64,000 nucleotides of DNA from a virus, in IMG/VR virus record IMGVR_UViG_3300020172_001405, positions 37,465 to 101,464 of that record; one strand, 5' to 3'. The translations under genes were made by a program, and so were the position numbers. Below the pieces are notes generated by a model. The model saw only the letters and a program-made list of their open reading frames with translations, ran no database searches and had not been told where the DNA came from. Shown piece after piece: positions 28,614-37,905 of this stretch (positions within the stretch are counted from its first letter, which is position 1; every line of letters starts with the position of its first letter).

Positions 28614-30179
28614 TTACGCCGTAGCGTTTCCTGTTAGCTGACCAAGTTTGATGACAATAAACTCTGCTGGGTACTCTAGGGCTACGCCAATTTCAACATT
28701 AACGCGACCTGAAGTAAGGTCAGAGGCACTGTTTGTTGATGCATCGCATCGTACATAGAAAGCCTTATCTGGGCTTGATCCACGAAGTCCACCCTGTTGC
28801 CAGTATGAACGTAGGAAAGAGCCAAGAGTTACACGAAGCTGAGACCATAGACGTTCGTCATTGTTCTCAAAAATCGCAAATGAGCTTCTATCTGTCATTT
28901 CTTTCTTGATGTATATTAGAGAGCGACGTACGTTAATGTAGCGGTCTCCTGGGGTGTTATTCATTGTACGTCCGCCCATTACAACAATTCCGGCACCAGG
29001 TACTTGACGGATTACGTTAATTGGACGTGATGAGACGTTCAAAGAATCTAATTGAGCATTAGTCAATTGACGTTCTGCAGATACTGCAAGAGCCACGCGG
29101 TTTGTATAACCAGCTGGGGTCTTGAATACTCCACGAGAAGCGTCAGTTGCTAAATACTGGCCTACCATCGCTGCACCAGGTGCTTGATTGCGAGTTGCAG
29201 AAGATGAGGCACGAAGTGTGTCTGGAATTGCTATCCATGGGTAGTAGACCGCAGCACATCCACCATCAGATGCGGCAATAAATGCTGCAGTTACGTCGTT
29301 TGCATATGTTTGAGCCTCAGTTGGATTAAGACCTGCTGGAGTATCTACAACTGCAAACGCATCTCCACGACCTTCGCAGTAAGCTACAAGATCTGACTGA
29401 ATGTTAACAGAGAGTGTTCGCTCGGTAGTAGTTCCTGCAGTATTGTACAGGTAGGCAGCTTCTGGTACGTTAAATATCAGAGGATTTTCAATTGGATCAA
29501 ATGAGTCAAGAGATGCAGAGTACTCAGTTCTTGTTGGTGCAGATCCGTTAAGGCCTGATATAAGAGTTTTTACTCCGTCAACCTTAGGCATATCGTCTGG
29601 CGATACAGAAGCTGAGTTTAGATCAGAAACTATAATAACGCTAGACTGTGAGTTAATTACTGATACGACATAACGTGGGTCAGTAGTAACCATGCTTAAA
29701 TCTGTATACTGCTCAAGAATATTAGAGGTTGCGTTTCCACCAATAGTTGGAGCTCCATATACTACAAGAGAGAACCGAGTTGGCGATCCCGCAGCTTTTG
29801 TTTCTACAGATATAGAATTTCCCCAAGTACCAGCGTTTGCAGCTTTTACTAGAAGGGTGTTTAGGGGGGTAGCCGCACGATCAGTCAAGGTTACTTGAGC
29901 TTGTGCAGCACCTGTTCCTACTACACGCTTTACGTATAGTTGACGGCCGCCATTAGCAAAAAAGTTATAGGCAGCCCAAGTTGTTGAATAAGCGTCTTCT
30001 AAAGCTCCAAAAGTCTTGGTAAAATCTGTCCAAGAATTTAGAAGAACAGGGTTAACTGAAGGTCCCTTTGATAGTGGACCTACAAATGCTCCAATAGCGT
30101 TTCCGCTATCTGCAAGAGTTATTGCCTGTGGAAGTTCAACTTCCTGAATGAAAACGCCAGGTCTACTGTATGTAGCCAT
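28614..30179 (-). CDS. contractile tail sheath protein
   Basis: YSRPGVFIQE, FFANGG, YYPWI, RGVFKTPAG, RYINVRR, FENND, PAEFI. Confidence 0.96.
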   Translation of the reverse strand: MATYSRPGVFIQEVELPQAITLADSGNAIGAFVGPLSKGPSVNPVLLNSWTDFTKTFGALEDAYSTTWAAYNFFANGGRQLYVKRVVGTGAAQAQVTLTDRAATPLNTLLVKAANAGTWGNSISVETKAAGSPTRFSLVVYGAPTIGGNATSNILEQYTDLSMVTTDPRYVVSVINSQSSVIIVSDLNSASVSPDDMPKVDGVKTLISGLNGSAPTRTEYSASLDSFDPIENPLIFNVPEAAYLYNTAGTTTERTLSVNIQSDLVAYCEGRGDAFAVVDTPAGLNPTEAQTYANDVTAAFIAASDGGCAAVYYPWIAIPDTLRASSSATRNQAPGAAMVGQYLATDASRGVFKTPAGYTNRVALAVSAERQLTNAQLDSLNVSSRPINVIRQVPGAGIVVMGGRTMNNTPGDRYINVRRSLIYIKKEMTDRSSFAIFENNDERLWSQLRVTLGSFLRSYWQQGGLRGSSPDKAFYVRCDASTNSASDLTSGRVNVEIGVALEYPAEFIVIKLGQLTGNATA

Positions 30180-30230
30180 TCGGTTTTACTCCTTAATATG
30201 TTAGGTTGTTTACTGTGGGTTCCGAATTTA

Positions 30231-30827
30231 TTAACTGATTTGTGTGAAATCTGTAAATTGCTCTTGTAGTGTGATGTTTGGTGGTGTGAGCACTTCATAT
30301 AGCTGTACAAGCTGAGCTGGGAGAAATTCCGAGCTAACTTGAACATTGTAGATATTCTTAAACAAGCGCTTGTCTTGTTCAGTAGTATCTCGTTTTACGA
30401 ACCCCATCATATCTATCCTGCGTACAGTGCCATCTTCAGGAATTCTGAGGAGTCCAAATCTTAACGGTAGTCTTGTTGGAGAAAATAAAGCGTTTATAAT
30501 TTGTCTATCGTGCCTAGGTTGACGAGCATATGTTGTTATTTGATAGTCTAAAGCTACTGGTATTGGGTACCAGGTTGCGTACTCTTCATTTGGGTTTCCA
30601 CCCTCAGGAGTATACGGCAAATCTATATAGCCTCTGTGAGCCCTATCTAGGGATTCAGCAATTCCCACAAGATCAATTGTAATATATGGGTAGCTCTGCT
30701 GACGGATTTCATTATCTGGTTGTCCAAACCACACCCCTACAGGGCGAGTTGCGTTACCAGAGTCAGAAACAGTAATGCCGCTTATTAAAGTTTTTAACGC
30801 TTTATCTTCATTAATGATATAGGGCAT
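30231..30827 (-). CDS. tail terminator / completion protein
   Basis: YPYITIDL...PVALDYQITTYAR; immediately upstream of the sheath. Confidence 0.7.
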   Translation of the reverse strand: MPYIINEDKALKTLISGITVSDSGNATRPVGVWFGQPDNEIRQQSYPYITIDLVGIAESLDRAHRGYIDLPYTPEGGNPNEEYATWYPIPVALDYQITTYARQPRHDRQIINALFSPTRLPLRFGLLRIPEDGTVRRIDMMGFVKRDTTEQDKRLFKNIYNVQVSSEFLPAQLVQLYEVLTPPNITLQEQFTDFTQIS

Positions 30828-31153
30828 TACATTATCCCCGCTTCCATAAGTTTATCGAACCATTCGTCGCCAAGATCTGGTTCCATTCCACGAATGAAGT
30901 CTCTAATAACTGGGTTTGGAGGTACGGAGTCAGTCCCGTACTCAAGGTCAATTACTTGATTATCTATAGCTTTAGGATATTTTACAGACCACTTGCCATC
31001 AGATCTATCGTTAGAGACGGATAGTTGCATAACAATAGAGACAGGCCATCCTGCCTGTCGTGCATAATTTCTGAGGTTAGCGGTTAGTGTTACCGCTTCT
31101 TTAACTGCTGCTTTTGCGTAAGAGTCTAAGAGGACTTTAGTTACTGAATTCAC
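30827..31153 (-). CDS. neck/tail completion protein (HK97 gp10-like)
   Basis: LEYGT...PPNPVIR motif. Confidence 0.6.
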   Translation of the reverse strand: MNSVTKVLLDSYAKAAVKEAVTLTANLRNYARQAGWPVSIVMQLSVSNDRSDGKWSVKYPKAIDNQVIDLEYGTDSVPPNPVIRDFIRGMEPDLGDEWFDKLMEAGIM

Positions 31154-31311
31154 TTCTTCTTAACCGCCGCAGTCAATACATACCCCGCAACAAGTCCAGC
31201 TAAGAATCTCTTCTTACCCTTTTTGTCGTCAAAAGCTGTAAGGCCGCGAACGAACTCTACTCGGTCTGCATCAGACTGAGCTTGGTATAGCCGTTTGGCT
31301 AGAAGTATCAT
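31150..31311 (-). CDS. small hypothetical protein, 53 aa
   Basis: Manual: MILLAKRLYQAQSDADRVEFVRGLTAFDDKKGKKRFLAGLVAGYVLTAAVKKK; SD GGAGG; GTGA overlap with the next gene. Confidence 0.7.
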   Translation of the reverse strand: MILLAKRLYQAQSDADRVEFVRGLTAFDDKKGKKRFLAGLVAGYVLTAAVKKK

Positions 31312-31387
31312 AGTAAATCCTCCAATAGAAGGCGCAGGTTAAGCAGCAGGGTTCCGGGTTTCCCCGGCGTCATTTCAAAGGATAAAT

Positions 31388-31410
31388 GAAAAAGGCCCCT
31401 TTCGGGGCCT
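31388..31410 (-). terminator. intrinsic terminator
   Basis: AGGCCCC-GAAA-GGGGCCT followed by TTTT on the minus strand. Confidence 0.8.
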
Positions 31411-31425
31411 AAGTCAATAATTCTT

Positions 31426-31569
31426 TTACATACCCTTTTTTCTGACCATATTGGACTTCTTGGCCTTACCTTTAGAGTCCTTCTTTTTGGCATACTTCTT
31501 ATTTGCGGCGTCTATAGTCTTTTGGCCATGCTTATTCTTAGGCATTCCGCAGCCACAGGTGGAGCACAT
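31426..31569 (-). CDS. small Lys-rich protein with N-terminal CxxCxC, 47 aa
   Basis: Manual: MCSTCGCGMPKNKHGQKTIDAANKKYAKKKDSKGKAKKSNMVRKKGM; TAATG coupling. Confidence 0.75.
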   Translation of the reverse strand: MCSTCGCGMPKNKHGQKTIDAANKKYAKKKDSKGKAKKSNMVRKKGM

Positions 31570-31742
31570 TACTTCTTCTTCTTTCGTAGGGCGGCAAAGT
31601 CAGATCCCTCTAACTTGCCGTCTTTGTCTACATCAAGCTTTTTCTGCTTAGCTGACATGCTCTTTGAGCCTGTCTTCTTTCCTTTACAAGACTTGCAAGT
31701 ACCGCAGGTACAGGACTTGCCTTTAGCTTTCTTCTTAAGCAT
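31569..31742 (-). CDS. small Lys-rich protein with CxCxxCxxC and an EF-hand-like loop, 57 aa
   Basis: Manual: MLKKKAKGKSCTCGTCKSCKGKKTGSKSMSAKQKKLDVDKDGKLEGSDFAALRKKKK; TAATG coupling on both sides. Confidence 0.75.
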   Translation of the reverse strand: MLKKKAKGKSCTCGTCKSCKGKKTGSKSMSAKQKKLDVDKDGKLEGSDFAALRKKKK

Positions 31743-31957
31743 TATTTCTTACCTTTCTTATGGGGGTTCTTCTTATGCCAATCTTTGGTGGCTTTAACGC
31801 CTTCCTTGACTGTCTTAGCCCCAGCTTTCTTAGTTAGGTTAATCTTATCGTACTTTCCAGCTTTAGCACTAGCGTCGTGATCAACAATAATGTCGCCCTT
31901 TTTATTCTTCTTTATTGCGTGGCCGGCGCCACCTACTTTAATCTTAGCTGTTGGCAT
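31742..31957 (-). CDS. small Lys-rich basic protein
   Basis: Start re-called at ATG 31957 (MPTAKIKVGG) after GGAG. Confidence 0.7.
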   Translation of the reverse strand: MPTAKIKVGGAGHAIKKNKKGDIIVDHDASAKAGKYDKINLTKKAGAKTVKEGVKATKDWHKKNPHKKGKK

Positions 31958-32522
31958 CTCTAGCTCCAAACGGGTTGTAGTTTGCATAAGCCTGGAATTG
32001 TGGGTCATTGATCATTTCTTCAGAGTTTACCTGGTTACAGTCAATGCTGAAGAGGGTGTAGGCATCGGTAATAATTCCTTTAGCAAATACTTGCTTAGGG
32101 GTAAAGACCTGATCACGGAATACAATTCTATCTCTTAGATAAGAGTCTGGATTTGTAGGTAGGTATTTAAGCTCAGGTATAATTTGAGACTCTGCCCCAG
32201 ATAGGCTAGACCCGTCAATTACATCCATATTTATAGTAAGACGGAGTACGTCAGTATTGTAAAAACCTCTATCACCCTGAACAGTTACGCCTTGGAATAA
32301 GGCCGCATTAACCACAGGTATTGAGTGTGGCCCGTCCCACCTACGTCCTCCACTATTGCTACCTACGTCATAAATTGGGTCTACAACGCTACTAGTGCTG
32401 TTGTAAAACCACCACTCAACGTTGTATCCAACCGTACGTACTACCTCTTTTGAGGTGGCAGAGATAATGGCGCCACGCTCATGGTCTACGCTAAAGCGGC
32501 CTACCACTCTCTCTCCGCGCAC
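31944..32522 (-). CDS. head closure / neck protein
   Basis: DPIYDVG..GRRW...DRIVFRDQVF; position near the tail completion genes. Confidence 0.6.
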   Translation of the reverse strand: MRGERVVGRFSVDHERGAIISATSKEVVRTVGYNVEWWFYNSTSSVVDPIYDVGSNSGGRRWDGPHSIPVVNAALFQGVTVQGDRGFYNTDVLRLTINMDVIDGSSLSGAESQIIPELKYLPTNPDSYLRDRIVFRDQVFTPKQVFAKGIITDAYTLFSIDCNQVNSEEMINDPQFQAYANYNPFGARDANS

Positions 32523-32731
32523 TAGTCCTCCTGAGGAGCGGTAAAGACACCGGTCTCTGGGTTGTAGGTGCTGCTGATAAATACGCCATCTTCTACGTCG
32601 GTTACATCAACCATCAAAGGTTCGCTTAAAAATATAGCGGCTAGACGATCATCGGTATGGATAATATCTACTACTTGATTGTCGATAATAAATGCGACTT
32701 TATTTGGGGGCAAATTAGGTGCAGTAGTCAT
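32522..32731 (-). CDS. small putative fibre-assembly chaperone
   Basis: Start re-called at ATG 32731 (ATGA overlap). KVAFIIDNQVV...TYNPETGVF is similar to both halves of 43933..44367. Confidence 0.6.
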   Translation of the reverse strand: MTTAPNLPPNKVAFIIDNQVVDIIHTDDRLAAIFLSEPLMVDVTDVEDGVFISSTYNPETGVFTAPQED

Positions 32732-32973
32732 TCGATCTCTTTCTTGTACGATATTTGTATAGCTTCCCACTTATGAAGGGGGCAAGAAGCATTAGGTAAC
32801 TTTGATTTTAATTTCATTATGCATCCACATTCTTTACACTGAGAAGTAGACTTTATAAACCTATCACATCCGCGACATATGTCTAAACGTGTTTCAGCTA
32901 TATCTGTTTCTACTCGGCCTATGTTCTTATTAAAAAGGTCCCATGGCCTAGCAGGTCTTGTGTTTTCAGTCAT
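32728..32973 (-). CDS. Cys-rich small protein (DUF6171-like)
   Basis: RLDICRGC....CKECGCIM.LK..L..ASCPLHKW; paralog of 43684..43929. Confidence 0.75.
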   Translation of the reverse strand: MTENTRPARPWDLFNKNIGRVETDIAETRLDICRGCDRFIKSTSQCKECGCIMKLKSKLPNASCPLHKWEAIQISYKKEIE

Positions 32974-32981
32974 TGCTCTCC

Positions 32982-34727
32982 TTAAATTGTACCTAAGAAA
33001 TTATCGAGTGTTGATCCTTGAGACCCCGATGAAGGGGCTTTAATTATACCTACTGAGGTTCCTTTTGTAGGACTCGTAGGCGTAATAACTATATTTGAGC
33101 CTAGCTGGCTTGTCAATCCCGCAGCAGCATAGGCTTTAGCGGTAATTTGGTTGCCAACAGTAGAGACAATTAATGACCCTACAGTAGTGTAGCCAGAGTT
33201 TGTGTTGGTAGCTAGGCGGGTAGCAGATTGAGAAACTACGTTTCCAGACACTGAGCTAACAATAACAAGGTCTGTGTAGTAGGTAGTATCTCCACCAGAG
33301 TAAGATACCCCTGAACAGCAGCCAGATGGTGTACATCCCGCCCCTGAACAGGTAGCTTGTCCTCCAGAGCAAGAGCTGCTAGTTCCTATTTGATTTTGGT
33401 TTAGGCCCCCACACGCACCGCCCGTATAGCAGTTAAATCCTGTGCAAGATGCAGACCCTGTGCAGCTACTAGTCTGCTGCAGTTCCCCGCAATAGTATTG
33501 CGTTGATGAGGTTGAAGATTGTGTATGGCAATTATAGTAATCAGTATGTGAAGGGTACGTACTTTGATTATAGTTTCCAATACATTTTCCAGAGGTAACT
33601 GTTGTAGTTTCGCAATTTTCCCAACAATAAATAGTTTGAGTGTTGCAGTTTCCAGTACAGGATGTGGTAGTGCTATCACTAGTTCTACAGCAAACAAATG
33701 CGGCGTTTTGAATACATTGGCTGCTGGTCGAGTTAGGTACTACTACGCTCCCTGGAGAACAGCCATCTCCACCATATTGTGGATTTTCTGCGGGGTAGTA
33801 AGAAAACCCACTACCCGGACTAGTTACAGATCCTGAACATTGTGTACCGCAGGCAGCTATACTATAGGTAGTGTACGGCACAGACCCTGAACATTGTGTG
33901 CCGCATTGGGGGATAACATACCTAGTTGAAGTGCTTGTAGTTTGCTCGCGTAATGTACCTGGGCAACAGTTAGCCGAAGGACTTCCCGTCCAGCCTAGAT
34001 AAGTGTTTGTATAATCACAATAAGAGTTGTCTACTTGTGTAGTTTGTGTATATGCAAACGTAGCACCACAACCTGAAGCACAACTACCAAGTGTGACTCC
34101 GTTTTGATAATTGCTACAAGTGAGTTGCCCCGGAATAGAGGTAACGGGAGAACAGCATCCTGAAGGAACGCACCCAGTCCCTCCTCCAGAACAAGGGCTA
34201 GTAGTTCCCAAACTTCTAGTTCCTGTACAAGCAGAGCCGGCTTGAGATGTATTCCAGGTAGAGTAGTAATAGCTAAAAGATTGAGTGGTTGTGCAACTTC
34301 CTACAATAGCTGAAGTAGACTGAGTATATTGAGGGTACGTAGCCCACCAAGATCCGGAGTCGGTTATCCAAAAAACAGCGCCGGTGCCTCCTGAAACATC
34401 TGCTCTTACAGAAACATCTGTATTACCTAGATTAGCTGAAGCAATTGGGTAAGAGCTTGCCGCATCATCTGAAGTGGCTGAGTTAGACCCACTAATACGC
34501 CAATTTCCACGAAGTGCTGTCCATACTTGTCCGCTGTCTGCGGTGCCTAGGCCAGTAGTAGTTGATGCTCTATTAAAAGCGTCTTGAACTTTAGAAGCAA
34601 ACCATTGTCTCCATACTCCATTAACTTTAATGAATGCCGAAGTAGCCGTTCTCCATTGACCACTTACTTTTACTGAAAGACCAGATGCGGTCCTCCAGGC
34701 ACCATTAATTTTGGAGTTACCTGGCAT
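32982..34727 (-). CDS. putative fibre/adhesin with a long Cys-rich insertion
   Basis: N-terminal K(I/V)(N/S)GxWR repeats of fibre-anchoring type, a lectin-like beta domain (DAFNRA...GQVW...LDNF) and a central Cys/Ser/Thr/Gly region with about 36 Cys. Confidence 0.7.
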   Translation of the reverse strand: MPGNSKINGAWRTASGLSVKVSGQWRTATSAFIKVNGVWRQWFASKVQDAFNRASTTTGLGTADSGQVWTALRGNWRISGSNSATSDDAASSYPIASANLGNTDVSVRADVSGGTGAVFWITDSGSWWATYPQYTQSTSAIVGSCTTTQSFSYYYSTWNTSQAGSACTGTRSLGTTSPCSGGGTGCVPSGCCSPVTSIPGQLTCSNYQNGVTLGSCASGCGATFAYTQTTQVDNSYCDYTNTYLGWTGSPSANCCPGTLREQTTSTSTRYVIPQCGTQCSGSVPYTTYSIAACGTQCSGSVTSPGSGFSYYPAENPQYGGDGCSPGSVVVPNSTSSQCIQNAAFVCCRTSDSTTTSCTGNCNTQTIYCWENCETTTVTSGKCIGNYNQSTYPSHTDYYNCHTQSSTSSTQYYCGELQQTSSCTGSASCTGFNCYTGGACGGLNQNQIGTSSSCSGGQATCSGAGCTPSGCCSGVSYSGGDTTYYTDLVIVSSVSGNVVSQSATRLATNTNSGYTTVGSLIVSTVGNQITAKAYAAAGLTSQLGSNIVITPTSPTKGTSVGIIKAPSSGSQGSTLDNFLGTI

Positions 34728-34963
34728 TATACGTACTGCACCCAGATATCTCCATCAATGCCCTGACCTGAAGTAGGAGCATTTGCGGATACATGAATGT
34801 TTCTAACTACCGCCGAAGAAGTAGACGCAGTAGTAACTGTTCCGTTTACAACATTAACGGCCCCAATAGCTGCAGGAGTAATACCTAAGCTAGCTGGGTT
34901 TAATTGTGGACTACCAAATGCTTCCCACTGCCCTGTAGATACGTCATAGCGTTTAATAGCCAT
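34727..34963 (-). CDS. small tail-fibre-associated protein
   Basis: RNIHVSANAPTSGQGIDGDIWVQY motif, common in fibre junction proteins. Confidence 0.65.
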   Translation of the reverse strand: MAIKRYDVSTGQWEAFGSPQLNPASLGITPAAIGAVNVVNGTVTTASTSSAVVRNIHVSANAPTSGQGIDGDIWVQYV

Positions 34964-35532
34964 TAGTTAACTCCATACACTAGTGCTGTGCCACCAGAAA
35001 ACGTTCCGGTGGATAAAGAGATTGTCATTTTTGTAAGTGCAGCTGCTTGGGTGTATGCCGCTGTATTGTCTAGCAACGTTACTACGCTAGAGTTATTAGT
35101 ATACACTCCCTTTAAATAGCCCCAAGAAAAGCTTGCGGTATCTTGGGTATCAACAATATCTACCGTCCAATGATTTGTTGTTACTGCTGGTTTAACGTTT
35201 GGGACAGTAAATAAAGCGGACCCAGTACTGTAGTTAGTGACGTCATCATTAAGAGTTATACTTACTGTTGCGTTAACAGATGGCTGTACACCTCGGAATA
35301 CTACATACACATCTTTGTAGACAGTTAGGATAGATAAGTCAACAAAAGCCCCAGTTAAACTTACGCTAGAAATTAAGTTTTTACCAGCATTATTAAACGG
35401 GTCAGAGTCAACCCAAACGTCTCCGTCTATAGGAGAGGCTGGAGTATTGGGGCCTACGAATACTCGCTTACCCTTACGATCATCAGTAAACTGCAGGGGA
35501 CCAAGATGCTGGCCGTTATTTTGTACCGCCAT
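34963..35532 (-). CDS. virion structural / fibre-associated protein
   Basis: FVGPNTPASPIDGDVWVD and C-terminal GTFSGGTALVYGV. Confidence 0.6.
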   Translation of the reverse strand: MAVQNNGQHLGPLQFTDDRKGKRVFVGPNTPASPIDGDVWVDSDPFNNAGKNLISSVSLTGAFVDLSILTVYKDVYVVFRGVQPSVNATVSITLNDDVTNYSTGSALFTVPNVKPAVTTNHWTVDIVDTQDTASFSWGYLKGVYTNNSSVVTLLDNTAAYTQAAALTKMTISLSTGTFSGGTALVYGVN

Positions 35533-35870
35533 TACGCACCAATTTCAGAGCCGAATGCTTGGAAGCTAAGGTTGGCTGTAGAGGCTACAACTGTTATTGA
35601 GTCGGTAGTTGAGAGGGTTACGCCAAGAGTAAAAGTAGTTGTAGTATTGCCAGGGATAACCGCATCGTAAGCAAGATACTGTTTATCTGCTAGGGTTGAG
35701 TTGTCTTCACGTATAGCAATACGGTAAGTTGCGGAAGAGGATCCGCGGTTGCATATGGCTATAGTTGAGACCACAGCGCTTCCTGTAGATCCTACAGCGT
35801 ATAGCTGGGTTCCTCCGGAAACGTTAGCTGCTGGCGCAACTTGGCCAAGAATTTTATATAATGTTGCCAA
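35532..35870 (-). CDS. small virion structural protein (beta-sandwich)
   Basis: YKILGQ..P...LY.V.....VVSTIAICN...LSFQAFGSE; TTG start after AAGGAG. Confidence 0.6.
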   Translation of the reverse strand: MATLYKILGQVAPAANVSGGTQLYAVGSTGSAVVSTIAICNRGSSSATYRIAIREDNSTLADKQYLAYDAVIPGNTTTTFTLGVTLSTTDSITVVASTANLSFQAFGSEIGA

Positions 35871-35941
35871 TGGATGGCTCCTTCAAGTAGGATGGGTCAG
35901 TTAAGCTAAATTCTACAGCTTTAGGGCCTATATTGTGTTCT

Positions 35942-36466
35942 TTATCCTAGGGGTGATTGGGCGGCAAATTTAGTAGATTCATCACCAAAAACAAAGGTAG
36001 TTATTGAGTACCTTTCCCCCTCTACAACCGGAAATACTTGATGTTTAAGGTGGGCACTATGAATGACCATGCTTCCTGCTCTCGGGGTAATGCTTAGGCC
36101 AAGAGTTGGGTATATTAGCTCTCCCCCAGTAAAGTCGTCATTTAGATATATAGCAATACCGAAGACTATTTTTCTTGGGTCATCAGGGTTTCCACCATCT
36201 GTATGGGGCCACATAAACTCTGAGTTTGTTAACTTTCGTAAATCGCGAGAATAGGCAATCGACCCCACATTAGTAAAAAATGTTTCAATACTTTTATACA
36301 CAGTTTGCGCTTTAAAGTACATCTCATCACCCATATCTTTAACTATGTTTCCTATATGTAGGGTAGTCCAGTCTACGTTTTCTTTAGCCTTAGATAAAAA
36401 AGCCATTCTCTGCTCTTCATCTAAAAACTTTTCAATTTCGTATACACCTTCTGCATGTACTTTCAC
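35942..36466 (-). CDS. 2OG-Fe(II) oxygenase, prolyl-4-hydroxylase type (#1)
   Basis: HTD...YLNDDFTGGEL...H...ERYS. Confidence 0.9.
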   Translation of the reverse strand: MKVHAEGVYEIEKFLDEEQRMAFLSKAKENVDWTTLHIGNIVKDMGDEMYFKAQTVYKSIETFFTNVGSIAYSRDLRKLTNSEFMWPHTDGGNPDDPRKIVFGIAIYLNDDFTGGELIYPTLGLSITPRAGSMVIHSAHLKHQVFPVVEGERYSITTFVFGDESTKFAAQSPLG

Positions 36467-37138
36467 TTAGTTGCCCCACTTGCTACTGTTGATGTGGCAA
36501 ATTTCAATTTCGTTTATATTAACATGGCTCGGCAACGACCCCACCCAGTAGATAGCTTCTGCCAGATCTTCTGCGGTCAATGCCTGATCTCGTTTTTGTT
36601 CTTGGGTATCAATGGTGGCCGGACAGATCTCCGTAATTTTAATGCCAAATTGGGGGAACTCAAGCCTCATCGTATCAATTAAGCCGCGCTCACCCCTCTT
36701 AGCATTTGTGTAGTTTCCTCCACCACGGTAGGGCACCTTACCACCAAAGGAAGTAATAAATATAATAGTTGGGGACTGCGACCTTTCCATGCAGGGTACA
36801 AATAGTTGGGACAGGTACATAGGGCCAGTAACGTTTATGTCGTAGGCTCTTCTAAAGTTTTCTGGGGTTTCATTAATAATATTGGTTGGGCCCGACCCGC
36901 CGCCAGCATTATTAACCAAAAGATCTAGTGTTATGTCTTTGTACTTCTCAAAGAAGCACTCTATTGCTTTAGAGTCTGTTACGTCTAGTTGATAAACCTC
37001 AACGTTGTTAGATACAAGCTTAGAGACTTTAGAAAGGTCTCTTGAAACAGCAATAACTTTATACCCATTTTCAGACAGGCGCCTAACTGTCGCTAATCCT
37101 ACGCCTTTACTGGCCCCTGTAACTATTGCTGTTTTCAA
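36467..37138 (-). CDS. short-chain dehydrogenase/reductase (YdfG-like)
   Basis: TGASKGVG, NNAG, catalytic S...YTNAK. Confidence 0.92.
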   Translation of the reverse strand: MKTAIVTGASKGVGLATVRRLSENGYKVIAVSRDLSKVSKLVSNNVEVYQLDVTDSKAIECFFEKYKDITLDLLVNNAGGGSGPTNIINETPENFRRAYDINVTGPMYLSQLFVPCMERSQSPTIIFITSFGGKVPYRGGGNYTNAKRGERGLIDTMRLEFPQFGIKITEICPATIDTQEQKRDQALTAEDLAEAIYWVGSLPSHVNINEIEICHINSSKWGN

Positions 37139-37894
37139 TTACATGCCTTGGTTCTTATTAAGCTCCATGTTGTTATGGATCCAATGTCCAGGGATCATAT
37201 ATTTAAAACCAGATTTTACAACGTGTGCTGTATGGAAATAGGGCGGAAATGCTGGAAATATTACAACGCTATTTTCCTTTGGCTTTAGGCCAAAGTCGAT
37301 TGCTTTATCTGCAACAGCTATATCATAGTCTAGGTCTACTCCTGGAGCTGACCCTTTAGAAAAACCATCAGCGCTGGTCCACCCGCCGTCATAGTCCTTT
37401 AGTTGAAAAGATATTTCTCCGCCTTCACAGTCATCGTTTAGGTACATAACTAATGAGTACCTTAACGTTTTATCCCCGTCTAGTTGGTCAAAGTGTGCGC
37501 CCATGCCCACTCCAGTATTGTACTTTTTTATGTTAAAGGTTGGAAAAAGCCTTGGCTCATCAAAGTCTCCCAAAGAAGCGGCATAGTCTTTGCAAACATT
37601 ATACATTGTAGTCATAATAGCGTTGTAGATATACTTACTTTTTTCTGCTACTTCAGCTGAATCCTGCGAAAAGATTGGGCTAAGCTTGTGTATTGCATTA
37701 ATATCAAAAGTTTTTGTTTCTCCGTAGATAAAATCTTTATCATTAGAGGCAGTCCAAGGGTTCCAAACATTTACCCCTGAATCTGGGTATTGTTCAAGAG
37801 CATCTAACTCTTTTAAGATTTTTTTAAAAGTACCAAAATCTTCAATAGCATCAGTATAGTAATATGCTTTTGGGTCTAGTATTTCTCTATTCAT
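37139..37894 (-). CDS. 2OG-Fe(II) oxygenase (#2)
   Basis: HFD...YLNDDCEGGEI...YFH...FKY. Confidence 0.9.
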   Translation of the reverse strand: MNREILDPKAYYYTDAIEDFGTFKKILKELDALEQYPDSGVNVWNPWTASNDKDFIYGETKTFDINAIHKLSPIFSQDSAEVAEKSKYIYNAIMTTMYNVCKDYAASLGDFDEPRLFPTFNIKKYNTGVGMGAHFDQLDGDKTLRYSLVMYLNDDCEGGEISFQLKDYDGGWTSADGFSKGSAPGVDLDYDIAVADKAIDFGLKPKENSVVIFPAFPPYFHTAHVVKSGFKYMIPGHWIHNNMELNKNQGM

Positions 37895-37905
37895 GCTCTT
37901 CTTCC

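Noticed and set aside
17728-30827. Extracellular contractile injection system or tailocin
   Set aside because: Sheath, tube and baseplate genes resemble eCIS parts, but terminase, portal, scaffold, capsid and a replication module are present, so this is a phage tail.
35898-35931. Fifth copy of the putative late-promoter motif (ATAGGC...)
   Set aside because: The hexamer is a near match, but the position 22 nt downstream reads TAACTG and does not fit nAnnnT.
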